Shown: positions 24,301 through 38,432 of the stretch, one piece after another
Layout: every line of letters begins with the position of its first letter
How positions within the stretch are numbered: position 1 is the stretch's first letter
From: Bugula neritina
Lineage: Eukaryota; Animalia; Bryozoa
Length of the DNA stretch: 64,000 bases
Assembly (NCBI GenBank): GCA_964035545.1
Contig: OZ037773.1
Coordinates: forward strand, 9,825,751 to 9,889,750
Direction: 5' to 3'
Notes under the pieces: generated by a model
What the model was told of the DNA's origin: nothing
Seen by the model: only the letters and a program-made list of their open reading frames with translations
Databases searched by the model: none
Made by a program: the position numbers and the translations under genes

Positions 24301-26667
24301 CGGCAGTGTTGGGTTGCACTTTGTGTTTTAAAAGCAATTTCATTACTTATTTTAGTCAACAACAACTAGACTTCCAGAAGCTCAATACAGTAACTGTACA
24401 TCAGACAAAAGTCTTAATGACATCTACCCCGGTACTTACAGCCGTCTGGTAAGTTAACTTCAGTAACCTACAGCCATGCAGTGCAGGTAATATAAATCTA
24501 CAGGTGTAAAAAATGAATAAAGTTGAAACAGCAAAAAGCTTATTATTGAAGATACACTGAATTATTGTGCCACGAAGTCATATCAAGCTATGCATATAAT
24601 ACGTTATCATATATAATGCAAAATGAAAAAGAACTGAAAAAAAAAATGATCCAATATTTTCGTGTCATATATAACTTCTGTCTTACCCTTTCTTAAGAAT
24701 ACACTTCATATGGTGTAACAGACTTTAGAAAAAAATTAATTTGGCCGGAGGAAACTTTTACTGAGTTTACAAATAACTGCTACTTTTTGTTTAATTCAAA
24801 ACTTGTACAAAATTGAAAGCTAATAATGTAAATTTGCGCAGGCTTGCTACAAAAGCTGTGCACAAAGACTCCCGTTAAATAGATGTGAATGTGCCAACAC
24901 TGAATTTAGAGTACCAAGAGGGGAGCGTGTCTGCAACAATCCAATAGATTGTGAGTATTATATATGCCGTAGACTGCTATTTGTTTTAGCTTCCTTATAG
25001 ACATTGTAGTTTTCCATTGCTACTTATAATATAATAGCTATATAAGAAAAATTATTTGTAGAGCTGGAAATGTCACAGGTTTTAATTTTAAATAGCCATT
25101 TTTAAAATAGCAAGGATAGTGCTCAATCATTCCAAGTATGTTGTTTTTCTAAGAAATTAAAGCAAAAATTGCGTTTTTAGTTCTCTTGAAAAACTAAAGA
25201 ATCAAATGTGCTTATAGTTATGTTTTTCAATGTTTACGATATGTACAACTGAAACAAAATTTGTTTTCTATTAGTTTAAATAGACATTGTGTTTAAACAT
25301 GTTATAGTATTAGATTTTATGAATTGGCATAACCTCTTGCAGCAACGACTCACTTAGCAGTGTGGTGTTTGCCCCTATAATCTATTGCATCACCAAATAA
25401 AGTAAGAGTGTTAAATAAAGGTTCATTCTACACTCCTAAGTGAGCTGGTGAGACAAAGCTCTCAACTTCATTGCCATCGTTTTTTTCTTGCATGCATATA
25501 ATATGCAGCTGAAAATAATTAGTCTTTTTATCATTGGACAGGGGATTGTATGGATGAGATAGAACAAAACTTTGATTACGAGATAAACTGCACATGCCCG
25601 CTTGCGTGCAATGAACATCAGTATCACTACACTCTATCTATTGCTGAGTGGCCTTCCATAAATTTTGAGGTAACTGCAGTTTGAGTGATTCAGGCATTAA
25701 TATCCCATCTTATCAGCTGCTTGAGTGCTTATATATAAAGCACTTTGCTTCTCATACTTTCTGTAAAATCGTATTGAACATATGAACTATGCTCCCAGAT
25801 CTATTCAAAAACTATGTTATGGTGTTGGTGAAATATATAAAATAGAAAGGTAATTAAAACTCCCAATGTCATATATTCACAGCCTTTCTGGACCATCCCT
25901 CGACAATATGAGTCAGAGTTACTGAAGACAGCCATTGAGAATCAGACAAGGTAGCCGATTGGACAATACATTTCTAATAAATGCACTGTTTAGATTGACT
26001 GTTGCTCTGTGTAGCAAAAAAACATTCATGTTTCAGAGAAAGAAGACACCATTAATTATGGTACTATAACTTATACTGAAAAGCAATCTGTTAAGCAAAA
26101 AGAGAAAGCTACCAGTATTGAATGATTTTAGAGAAAGAATCAAAGGGGAGTTTGTCAGTGTCAACATTTACTTTGACAATCTGTTTCACACTCAGTATCA
26201 TGAAAAAGCTAGCATGACCGTAAGTGACACCTCAATAAATAGTTTCTATAGCTGCTTATCTTTAGTACAACAAATGAAGAGACTTTGCTGCTCACATGAA
26301 CTATTGACCTTTGCTGTATGATTTCTATTTATAAGAGCATATAGCAATAACAAGTTAAAATTTTAACCTTGCATGGGATGAAAAATAAAAGTACATTAAA
26401 CTCAAGTTTTTTTATACATATGATGTCACAAAATTCTAGAGTGATGCTATTTTTAAAATAAAATAATTAAAACTAATTTATTTGTTTTAGCTGGAAGACC
26501 TCATTGGAAATATTGGCGGCCATCTTGGATTATGGATAGGAATGTCTGTCATTTCATTTGTAGAAGTATTTGAACTGATAGCTGGTTTGTGTGCTGCTTG
26601 TGGTAAATATTTTCACAAAAGAAGATCAGCATCTTCAGATTCACCAGATGATGAGACTGAAATGTGA
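18367..26667 (+). CDS. DEG/ENaC (ASIC/FaNaC/ENaC superfamily) channel subunit, copy A, 568 aa; exons 18367-18465, 18954-19088, 19486-19624, 20649-20839, 21781-21925, 22481-22547, 22848-22951, 23905-24068, 24356-24448, 24842-24950, 25542-25669, 25883-25950, 26132-26219, 26491-26667
   Basis: 1707-nt spliced ORF with STSAHG (HG gate), TM1, FPAVSFCNINPFR, FGNCFTFN, GPTNGL, EAGMRVLLH, Cys-rich thumb and TM2 GNIGGHLGLWIGMS (GxS filter). Intron 7 has a GC donor. Confidence 0.92.
19987..20308 (+). mobile_element. LTR-like insertion (solo or truncated LTR) in intron 3 of channel A
   Basis: GC-richer island bounded by TGTAAG...ACTACA with TATATAA and AATAAA inside; it sits at the same site as the Gypsy pol remnant in copy B. 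No clean TSD. Confidence 0.6.
23082..23429 (+). mobile_element. Second related LTR-like insertion in intron 7 of channel A
   Basis: TGTAAA...ACTACA ends; shares gccaaagatcgg, tatataa..cgagc..cag.gtag..cagtct and agttatg motifs with 19987-20308; absent from copy B. Confidence 0.55.
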
Positions 26668-28150
26668 ATTGTTAGTCTAGATCAGTCGTATGCCATATGC
26701 TTTTGAGAAGATATGTATAGGAAATCTAGTTGAAGACTCATATGTTATTGAGAGTTGTTTATTTTATCAAAGAATAGACATAGAATAGTTATATATAGAC
26801 ACATGCTTTTATCATCTCTGATAAAAATTATATGTGCATAATTTCTCACAACTAACTACCCATACATTTCTGGCTTTAAATTAATCACTGTAAACCTATT
26901 TACCATATGTGAACACTGTTTTAAATAGAAAATTAATCTAATACCTTATACATTGCAGCATTTTAATCTTTTTCTGATCTACAACTATTTAATTGGAAAT
27001 CTGTCATATGTATAAGTAAGAGGTAAGTATAGTGTGTTGGTAGGAGGTAAGTATAGTGTAATAGTAAAAGGGAATTACAGTGTATTAGTACGAGCTGGTT
27101 ATTAGATAAGTACAATGTAATATAGTAACATGTAGCAGGTAACTATAATAGTGTAAGTTAGTAACCTGTAACCTACCCATATAGATAAAGAGCTAATTGG
27201 TTTATATAATTACTTTAATGCACCTCAGGCATATCCCAAGAATAACAAAGAGCTTTAAGCTACAAGAATACCTATAATTATCTTTCACAATCTCATATAC
27301 AATATAAGATGTCATTGGTAAAGAGGTACTAATAAGGCTTATTATAGGTGCTGCTGGCAGCAGAGCTAGTGGAGGTGATACCCCAAAAAGAATATCAAAT
27401 AATTAGTTAATTAACATTTTGCTGTCAAGAAGGCTACACTTTGCACTCATCCTAAATCCATTCTTTTATCTCTATTTACTATAATATATGTTGTTTACAA
27501 TGCTATTACTACTGAAAATATCTTTCTCTATGACAAAATTGATATATTGTTTAAATTTTCTCAGTGTTATATTGTACTCACACATATATAGATGCGATAT
27601 GAAGAATCGACATATTTCTAACAACTAACTCAGGCATGACTTTATACTGAAAACATATCATTTGCTATTCAAACATGTCAAAAACATTTTTAATTAGCTT
27701 ACTACATAATCGTCTCAGCTTTATTTTTCAATTTATTTAGGCAAATTCAGTTTAGCTGTGGCATAACACACATATTAATGATACAACTATATTTTCACTT
27801 TTTACTTTTAAAATTGAAATATGAGTTAAAGTTTTTGACATTTAGTAAAATATTTTATCAGACAAACTCAAAATGAAGCATAATAATGAGATAATAAAAC
27901 AATAATGGAACCCCTTGTATATAATGTGCAAACCAGAGCATAATATAGCATTTAATTTTAAAGTAGATAAACAGTTTATAGTCTCTAAAAACACATATTG
28001 AATCAAATGAAAGATGTCTACATATTTACTAATAAGTACAGCAGCTGCAGGCACAACAATTAGATTTTCACACATGCACAAGGTAGTAATAGAGTGATAT
28101 TAACTGCATGGTAATAATAAGTTTACAAACAACTGATCTAGACTAACAAT

Positions 28151-31100
28151 TCACATTTCAGTCTCATAATTTGGTGAATCTGAAGATACTGATCTTCTCT
28201 TGTGAAAATATTTCCCACAAGCAGCACACAAACCAGCTATCAGTTCAAATATTTCTACAAATGAAATGACAGACATTCCTATCCATAATCCAAGATGGCC
28301 GCCAATATTTCCAATGAGATCTTCCAGCTAAAACAGATAAATTAGGTTTAATTACGTTGTTCTAAAATTGCATCACTCTAAAATTTTGTGACATCATATG
28401 TATAAAAAAACTTGAGTTTAATGTACTTTTATTTTTCATCCCATGCAAGGTTAAAATTTTAACTTAAGTTATTGCAATATGCTCTTATAAATATAAATCA
28501 TACGGCAAAAGCCCATAGTTCATGTGAGCAGCAAAGGTTCTCCATTTGTTGTAATAAAAATAAGCAGCTATAGAAACTATTTGTTGAAGTGTCACTTACG
28601 GTCATGCTAGCTTTTTCATGATACTGAGTGTGAAACAGATTGTCAAAGTAAATGTCGACACTGACAAACTCCCCTTTGACTTTTTCTCTAAAATAATTCA
28701 ATACTGGTAGCTGAGATTTTTGTTTAAAAACTTTCTTTTTTTTGTTTAACAGATTGCTTTTTAGGATAACTATCATTAATAGTGTCTTCTTTCTCTGAAA
28801 CTTGACTGTTTTTTGTTACACAGAGCAACAGTTAACCTAAACAGTGCATCTACTAGAAATGTATTGTCCAATCGCCTACCTTGTCTGATTCTCAATGGCT
28901 GTCTTCAGTAACTCTGACTCATATTGTCGAGGGATGGTCCAGAAAGGCTGTGAATATATATAGCATTTAGAGTTTTAATTACCTTTCTATTTTATATAGT
29001 TCACCAACACCATAACATAGTTTTTGAATAGATCTGAGAGCATAGTTCATATGTTCAATATGATTTTATAGGAAGTATGAGAAGCAAAGTGCTCTATAGG
29101 CACCCAAGCAGCTGATAAGATGGGATATTAATGCCTGAATCAATCAACCTGCAGTTACCTCAAAATTTATGGAAGGCCATTCAGCAGTAGATAGAATGTA
29201 GTGATACTGATATTCATCGCACGCCAGTGGGCATGTGCAGTTTATCTCGTAATCAAAGTTTTGCTCTATCTCATATACACAATCCCCTGTCGAACGATAA
29301 AGTGATTTAATTATTTTCATCTGCATATTATACAAGCAAGAAATTGATGGCAAAGAAATTGAGAGTTTTATCTTACCAGCTGATAATTAGAAGTATGGAA
29401 TAAACCTCTATTCAACACGCTAGTTTACTTGGTAATGCAATAGACTATAGAGACAAACACCACACTGCTAATTAAGTGAGTCGTTGCTGCAAGAGGTTAT
29501 GCCAATTCATAAAATCTAATACTATAACATGTTTAAACACAATGTTTATTTAAACTACTATAAAAAACAAATTTTGTTAAAAAGTCAATGTCAGAAAAAG
29601 CTATCTGTTCAGTTGCATACATATCATAAACAGTGAAAAACATAAGTATAAGCACATTTGATTATTTAGTTTCAAAAGAACTAAAAATGCATTTAATTGC
29701 TTAAAAAACAACATACTCGAAATAAGCGCTAATTTTGTTATCGTAAAAATGGCTACTCAAAGGCTATTCAAAACTGAAACCTGTGGCGTGTCAATGCAGC
29801 TCTACACATAGGTTTTTTTATAACTATTATATTATAGCTAGCAATGAAAAACTACAATATGTATGAAGAAGCTAAGACAAATATAAGCAATCTAAGGCAT
29901 ATATATATATACTCACAATATATTGTCAAGTTGCAAGCAGGCTCCCCTCTTGGTACTCTAAATGCAATGTTGCCACATCCGCATTTATTTAGCGTGAGTC
30001 TTTGTGCACAGCTCTTATAGCAAGCCTGCACAAAATTAGTTTTTATTTTTGTATAAGTTTTAAATTAAACAAAAAGTGCAATATATATACTTAAACTCAG
30101 TTAAAGTTTGCCCGAGGTCAAATTAGTTTTTAGCTAAAGTCTGTTGCACCATATAAAGTGCATTCTAAAAAAAAGGTAAAACAGAAGTTATGTATGACAC
30201 AAAATATCGGGAAATATTTTTTTTAGTTTTCTTTTTATTTTGCATTATATGGCAATGTATTATATGCATAGATATATATCAATTGTAATGACTTTGTGGC
30301 ACAATAATTCAGTGTATCTCTAATAATAAGCTCTTTAAGCTGTTTCAACTTTATTTATTTTTACCTGTAGATTAGTATTACCTGCACTGCATGGCTGTAG
30401 GTTACTGAGTTAACTTACCAGACGGCTGTAAGTACCAGGGTAGATGTCATTAAGACTGCTGTCTGATGTACAGTTACTGTAATGGACTTCTGGAAGTCTA
30501 GTTGTTGTTGACTGAAACAGCAACGAAATGCTTTTAAATGAAACAAAGTGCAACCCAACACTGCCGTAACAGCCACAAAGCTTGCGCTTTATAACAAGAG
30601 CAGATCATTCTGATAAAAACTAAATGCGTTCTGTAATAACTTGCACTAAATAGTTCTGTTTTCTACTTATAAGATTTCAAATCAAACATAAGAAAACTAT
30701 TTAGAAGGTTGTCTAGTTGTGCTCTATTATAGGTATGTTAGTAATTGAAACCAACAATACTGCTCATATTGCTAATGATCCTTTAGAACTGGCCAATACA
30801 TACATAACTCATGGCAACGGAAGTTCTGAGACCGGTTGCAGCATTGAAACCGTAATCCTCCATCTGTGGAGTCTCTCCTTGTCTGTGGAGAAGAACTCTC
30901 ATTCCAGCTTCATTAGCCAGCATTGGTAAGTAATTTTGTTGGTTTACAAAAAACGACAATGTTAAACCTGAAATTTAAAAAGCAATTGCATCAATATACT
31001 TATTACATTACTTCTTTTGTTAAAAAAATTTCACGAAAGTAAGTAATGAATTATGGAAAATTGACAATTACGAAAATTTTGTAAATATAATATGCTGATG

Positions 31101-34100
31101 CTAATCACCATTCAGCTTTATTATTAAAAAAACAAAGATTTGATTTATTTATCTTCAATTAAAACTACAAGTTTGCTTTTAATTGTGCATGCTAAATGTT
31201 ACATGAGCTCTAATTTGTATCTATAGTGATTAGACACCCTTGTCCTTCAGGTCTCACAGTATCGCACTCTCTTTCTAACACCATCAACAATTACATGTGG
31301 CAAACGATGACAAGTTGATCACTAAATGGCTGTTTATTAGAACTCATTGCCAATGCATATATTAGAGAAGTTGGTTACACGTGTTTTCAAGGTAATTTAC
31401 TGCAGGCTGCATACATAGTATATGTACTTATATTCTGCACTTTGATTGGCTATACTATTCCTCATCACATTTATTAACAACATAACAGTCTTGCATATCT
31501 ATTACTTCGGATGAAAAGAAAGTGCATACAAAAATATACTTGTAAAAAAATTTTTTATAGCTACTTGCATGATTGTTAGCTTGACCGAACTTCAATCCAA
31601 CAAACAAAAAACATATATGTATGTAAATTTATTTGCAAAACCAAACCGTAACTAACATGAGTTATTATAGATGATGCATATGCGCTATTATAAAAATATG
31701 TTCATTTCTATTTTTAAAATGATTATATATTTCAACATGCCGATTTAATTTGCTTAGCTATATAAAGTCATGACATATAAGGAGATTACTAAGTATATAG
31801 GCTATAATATGATTAACTAAAATAACTAGCTAATAAATAAATAATTGCAACCAGCTAACTAACTATTACTCAAACAACCGCACAATAAACAACTGGTTAT
31901 CAGATTTACTAACTTAGATATAATTGACTAAATATATTACATAAAAAATAACTTACCATTTGTAGGACCTGCAACATTTGCTTTAGCAATAGTCAAATTT
32001 AGCCCGCTGTTGAAAGTAAAGCAATTCCCAAATCTTATGTCAAAAAACTTATTGAAATCTCTGAAAACAGAACCAAATAAATAAATAAATATTTTCTTTT
32101 TTTCATGATAATTTTTTGCCAATGCTAAGTTTAGTTTAAGCATATTTTCAGACAACTTTTTATCCGGACATCAAACAAAAAAATGCAAAAAGAATTTTTC
32201 ACTAACACATAAATGTCAAAACTCTTCCTTTGTGCATATCATAAATACAGGTTAAAGGTTCTTAAAACTATAATAATCAACTAAAATATATGACGTGATA
32301 CTTACATTGTTCATATAATTAAGTATAAACTAGTGCTACAATATTGTTCTATAAAAACTTACCCCGGGTCACATTGTTTTCCTTGAAAGAAACACTCCTG
32401 CAACATTTCTGGTAACTCATGTGAATAAGCTATAAAAGTATTACAACATAATTATGACTTAAGGATATCAATAAATATAATTCCAACAGCTATAAGGCAA
32501 GCATTGAAAATCGCTATGATTATAAATACTTGACGATCAAGTTCCTTACTTTGCATATATACAATTAGAGACATAAATTTTATCAGTTTTGAAAGAATTT
32601 AAATTTTTGGACATACTTGTTAAAATGTCTTCATCATTTATTGTTTGGCCACCATAAAACATATTGAAAGCAAGACTTCTAATAGTACTTGGACTTGCCA
32701 TAGCAACAAAACTGGAAGATTCTGGTGGTGGCCATTTAGGAGGCAAGGAGTATACTTCTTCCTGTGCAATAGATTTTAAGGATTCTATATGTCATCTATA
32801 ATTATAAATATGCTGCATGTGATTTTTTTAAATACATCTATTTTAAATTTCAAAGATTTTATTATAATTTTGGCAAATTAAAACATTGAGAATAAGAATT
32901 AGAAAGTTAAATTTCAAAATAATATGGATTGCAATCAATCATTATTGTGTATCCTTGTCTATGTATACATATATATAACAAAAATGCGCATTTAAAAAAA
33001 GCAAAATTATTCACAATTATTATAGTTTTCCTGATAAAATAATTTTTATGAAGTAAAAGACAAGTGTTTGTCTTTTATCTTATTCACAGGCAATTCAGAT
33101 AAAGTAAGTGTCCCGTATTAAGATATATAATATTTGAATGATTCTATAATTCAAAAAATACTTTAATTCTTACTTCCTTGTGTTATCTGAAATACTTTTT
33201 ATACATTCAAATTTTGAAATTGCAGCACTTCTTTCTTTTCTTTTATATTTGGTCAAAACTGCTGAGGATCTTACAGTACTTTGAAATAATATGAGAAATA
33301 ATGAAAAATCAAAAACCATGTTGATATGCTGATCATGGACATTCCAAAATGAAAATATGAAAGTTGAACTATAAATAATATTGTAAAGCTAAAGACTATA
33401 AAAGCATATTCTATAAGACAAAAAAGAATGGCAACTCAGAACTTGCTTTTAATTACTTGATCTTGACCATATAATTCACAAAGTCATTTTAAGTGAATAA
33501 ATAGCTCTTTAACAGCTGCTGAGTAATTATTAGAGAATTTGAAATGTCAAGATTTTAGGCTGTTTTGGTACAAAAAAGTAGTGTCCACATGCGTGCACAT
33601 GAGAGGGATATATTATATTGCAATATTCTTGCTATAATGGTAATTATGATAGCCACAAAAAGAAACCTACCAAGTCTTTATAAAAGAAAGATGGGTGGGA
33701 AAAGCTGCCTGAAGAACGCTTCTTCCTAGATGACAGAGTTGTGTTATCTTGATTTTCAGGTGCTGAAGAATTTGCTGTTGTGCTGTTTTGATACCATGTA
33801 GTGGTTTCGTAATTTTGACCTCTTAATGCTTTTACATAGTCTGTAAGCTTGCGATCAGCTTCTATAACATAATAAATTATAAATTTGAATAAAGAGTTTT
33901 CATATGCTACCCAGAAAACACATTGTCACCAATTTTTAATACTATTTATTTGACTAAATGGAGAAAATTTGATTAGTATATATTAATATATAAGAATCAG
34001 CAAAGATTTATTGGATAGTAATTAGATGCCTTTGCTTTGAACTGAAAGACGTCATATGCAACAGAAGAAAGAAACTGTAGTCATATTACTTTATGTTATC

Positions 34101-37100
34101 TGTACATTCAGACTATTGCTATGAATATATATGTGCGTGTGTACGTGTGTGCGTGTGTGAGAGAGAGAGATTCCGATTCGACGTCTAGTTCAGCTATCCT
34201 ATGTACAAAGATCACCCACTCTCTGTGTCGTGTCACCCTTCTTTTGGTAATTGGTTGGCAAGTAGGCTCCAGAGCTTGTCCAAGTGCGTCTGGGCTGGCA
34301 TGGTAGAGTTTTAGATGCGGCTCACTCTGGACTGAGATCTGCCCAGAGCGTTCGACATGGTATGTGTGGTTGGGCAGCGCTTCCACCATACAGTAGGGTC
34401 TCACGAACTTGGGCTGTAGCTTAGTCGACTGTCTGTGTCACCAACGGTAACTGACCATCCAAACGCAATTCCCTATTTAGTACAAAAAAGGTTCTTCTGA
34501 GTCCTCAGTCCGCACCTTCCACTGCTTCTCCCGCAGAGCATCATGGGCCTCCTCCATGATCTCAATCAACTTCTCATTGGTACTCATGTACTGGGGACTC
34601 GGGTGCTGGAACATTGTATGTCAGGTGTTTCGGAACCTGTGTCTCCTGGCTGAGCATCAGGAGGTTTGGGGTCTCCTGTGTGCTGGTGTATGGTGTGCTG
34701 CGGTAAGCCTGCGTGATTTGCGACAGCACCACATCCAATTCTTCCTGACTCCGGCCTAAGAGTAGGCTCCTGAGGGCATCACCCAACATCTGGTTGTTCC
34801 GCTCTACGACCCAATTCCCTTGCGGTTGATATGGGGTGGTTCGACTTTGATTCACCCCCTATATCCGGCAGAGGTCTCCCATCAATTGGGACTAGAACTG
34901 GGCACCCTGGTCTTTATGTATCTGCTCCAGTAAACTGAAATAACAGAATACATGTTGATCTAGGACCTGGGCCACCATGGGGGCTGACGCGTCTGGAATT
35001 GCCAGAGCATCTGCCCACCGGGTGCAGTGGTTCATGAGCACCAGTATCCAGGTATTTCCTTTGGCGGACAATAGCATAGGCCCAACGAGGTCAACCACCA
35101 CTACTTGCCAGGGTTGACTAGCGTACAGCCAGCGTCGACCCTTGGTTTTCATGGGGCGGCCATGCTTAGTAGCTTGACAGACCTCACACTCCCGTATCTG
35201 CAGTCGTATGTCCCGAGTCATTCTGAGCCAATACCATCTCAGCTGCAGACACCTGATGACCCGACTGGCTCTAGCATGAGCCTGTTTATAGGTGTTCCAG
35301 ATCACTTCCCGTTGGAGAGCAGTTGAACATACGACACGGTTTCTATCCTGCCGAAGGTTGTCTTTTGCCAATGCCATTGTCAGAAGGCCATTCGGACTGA
35401 CCTTGAGGGAATCTTAGCGACCACAGAAAGGTTGGAACTCAACGTGTACCTGTAGCTGCTGTTCCTCGGTAGTTTGTTGGCCTTCTTTCTTGGCCCGGAA
35501 GATGTCAGCTACAGCTTTTAGTAGCCTCTCATAGAGTCGGCACAGCTCCTTGGCATTCTCGTACAGTGTGGGGTTGGCGCGGAGTGCATTGACACTATGT
35601 GGTTGGGTTATGGTCTGAAGATGGCCGTGCTCCAAACGATAGACGTCACCCTTCCTCAACTGTTCCTCAACGTCAAGGCGAGCAGGTTCCCCATCCCGTC
35701 TCTCAAAGTGCAGGCACTGCTTACAGTCCTCCCTTGGCTGGCAGCTGGCGGCTTACATTAGTTAAACAATTACTACAAAGGAACTATTCACTACGCAAAA
35801 AGCTCTACCAATAATTACAAGATTTAGGCCTCATAAATTTACGCAAATTTTAGCTATAATTATACTAGCGAAGCACATAGTTACTGAAATTTTCCAAGAT
35901 ATGGTGAAGAGAACTCCAATAAAATGTGTTAAATGGTTATCGTATAAATTTTCTCACAGTATGATAGTCAAGCACAGAAAATTAATACCAGTTTTATTGG
36001 CCTCAACTTAATTCATAAAAGTAAAGCACTAGTACTAGACTTTCTGAGTAATCTATGTTTAACACCTGGCTCTACAGTGCAAATTAGCAGTCTTAAATTC
36101 AAGTAAATTACATTACCAGTTCCTTTTTGCTCAAACGCGTAAAGTTCTTCTAAATTTCTAACATCTAGTAGTTCAGAAGGTGACAGTTTGTCCAGGCGAA
36201 AAGGATTGATGTTGCAAAAAGATACAGCAGGAAAGGGAATCTGCCCATACTTCATCTATTTAAGTAAAAAGAGCAATTAATAATTTTGCCTTTAATATTC
36301 TGAACAAGCTTTTCTTAGTTAATACTATGAGCATCTCTTATAAATTATATTATCATTTTAATTGTGCTTACCTTCATACTATGATCACCTATCTATGCAA
36401 TTTCAGTCAGAATATATTATAAGTCGTTATAAACTATATTTCATATTTTAATAGGAGTTGCAATATTTACAATGGCATATTTATGTTTGTATTGCAAACC
36501 TTGTAAAATATTGTTTGAAGTTTAATGATTAAAACAGCAACATAAAGATTAAAACATATAATATTAGAGCAGCACAGATTATCCAACTTTAAAAAATTAA
36601 CTTCAAAAAAGTAACTAAATTCTATACTTTTGTAATTTGCACTTACCTCAACTTGAAATGTAGACTCATATTGTTGGTATTGTATTATCAGTTTACAACA
36701 GAAGTATGTAAACACACAGATACCAGTTATAAATAGCAACACCCAGCATATCTTTCCAACCACATATTTATGTCCAACTATCTGTAAGGAGATAATATAA
36801 ATTACTAACTACTTTCTGCACTTCTTTCTGCAAAATAATATCAGCATAAATACAAAATTATATTAAACTTCCGTTTCAAAGTAAATAATATTAGTTTTTG
36901 TTTATTTTTTAACATATAATAAAATGGCTGAAAACATTTTCCTGAACTTAAAAATTTGCAGATGAAGCCATCAGAATAAGTACATTGTGAGTTTTACAGA
37001 TTTTGACTCAGTATAATCTTTGAAAAACAATATATAAAAAGATTATTTTTTTAGCCTATTCAAATGTCTTTGTTTGAAAACTATTATTTAAAACTATTAT

Positions 37101-37339
37101 GCCCCTTTTAAATATCAACAGCTTCTCTTTCTAACCAAAACATTATGCAATAATGAATGAAGTTTTTTACTGATACAAACATAACTTAATTTAAATTGTA
37201 GTTTGAAATAATTGCAGGACATGAAAAACATTAACGTTACCTTAGGAGGTCCATGAGCACTGGTAGATTCTGAAAAGTTCTGTACCACTTTCTTTAGCTT
37301 TGGAGTTAACTCTCTTTGGTGCTGCTGAGTGTCTGTCAT
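28151..37339 (-). CDS. DEG/ENaC channel subunit, copy B, 568 aa (572 if ATG 37351 is used); exons 37339-37241, 36781-36647, 36255-36117, 33861-33671, 32761-32617, 32429-32363, 32060-31957, 30967-30804, 30511-30419, 30025-29917, 29286-29159, 28947-28880, 28687-28600, 28327-28151
   Basis: Every exon has the same length and phase as in copy A, all introns are GT-AG, no stops were seen, and the same motifs are present. Confidence 0.92.
34160..35757 (-). mobile_element. Ty3/Gypsy LTR-retrotransposon pol remnant (integrase region) in intron 3 of channel B
   Basis: Zn-finger remnant (H...CEVC), WQVVVVDLVGP, IHKDQGAQF, TPYQPQGNWVVERNN and GPY/F-like KLQPKFVRPY; has stops and frameshifts. Confidence 0.9.
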
Positions 37340-38229
37340 ATCAAGAGTCATGAAGTTTCAGCAGGCTTACTCAATTGACCAAAATTGTAGAGTTGTTGGA
37401 TTTTTTACACAGTTTTATTCTGTATGCAAAAGATAAGTTTCAAAGAAGTAACTGAATCATGCATCTTTTCAAAGATCACTGCTACCTCCATCTCTGGCAC
37501 ATATAATCTTTTTATGTTTTGCTACGTCATTCTATCCTAAGAATTTGATGCTGGCATATTAAAAGAAATATCCTTGTTTGCCATGCTCATGACAAGGATG
37601 TTACCGCTAATTGTTGGTCATCAGAATTTTGTCGTTATTATGATTTGGTAGAACTAGACAGCATACAGATAAACTGAAGCACAATTATACATGCTTTCTA
37701 GTCAAAAGGTCTCAGAGATTGTTTAATCGACTGTCTTTATATATTAGTGTGATATCTTATTTCAAAATTAATCAATTACAAAAAATGATTTAAATTGATG
37801 AGCCTATAAAATAAAAGCAACTTGTCAAAAAATTGTAAAAAAAATAACCTGACAAGCATTCAAACAAACTTTTTCACATATGCTTGTTAGTTTTAATATG
37901 AATGGCTATTATAATGTGAGGTATTTAGAATGTCATGGCTGTTTTAACAAAATTAAGTTCATATGACTTGATAATTTTAACTAGTCATAGAGAACATAAC
38001 ATAGATATGCTAAAGCAGCGCAAAAGTTGGACTATCAATAGTAAAAACCAAAGTTCTTTTTAATTTACAAAACCTAAGTGAGGTTCAACAAGAAATACCT
38101 ATCATTTTTTTAATAGGTTACAATATTTTTAATATGTCGTGTGTCTTAATTTTAATTTGCAAGGGTCTATAAAATTATTTTATGTCTGTCTGGGGTGTGG
38201 TAAATACAGCTATAGGTGAGTAAAGAACC

Positions 38230-38336
<107 letters not shown>

Positions 38337-38432
38337 TGCTAACAAAGTACTAGAGTATAACCTGCAATATGCAATAACTGAACACTATTCATAAGCTATT
38401 TGCAATCCTTCATATAACTTTCTAAATGTCTT

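Larger units (their letters stand above)
16360..26680 (+). repeat. Left arm of a large inverted segmental duplication
   Basis: Exons, introns and ~2 kb of upstream DNA match the reverse complement of 28135-39600. Confidence 0.95.

Noticed and set aside
26037-26131. Upstream alternative acceptor for exon 13
   Set aside because: Gives an in-frame TAA after five codons in copy A.
34121-35814. Plus-strand ORFs in the GC-rich intron segment
   Set aside because: Antisense shadows of the Gypsy pol remnant.
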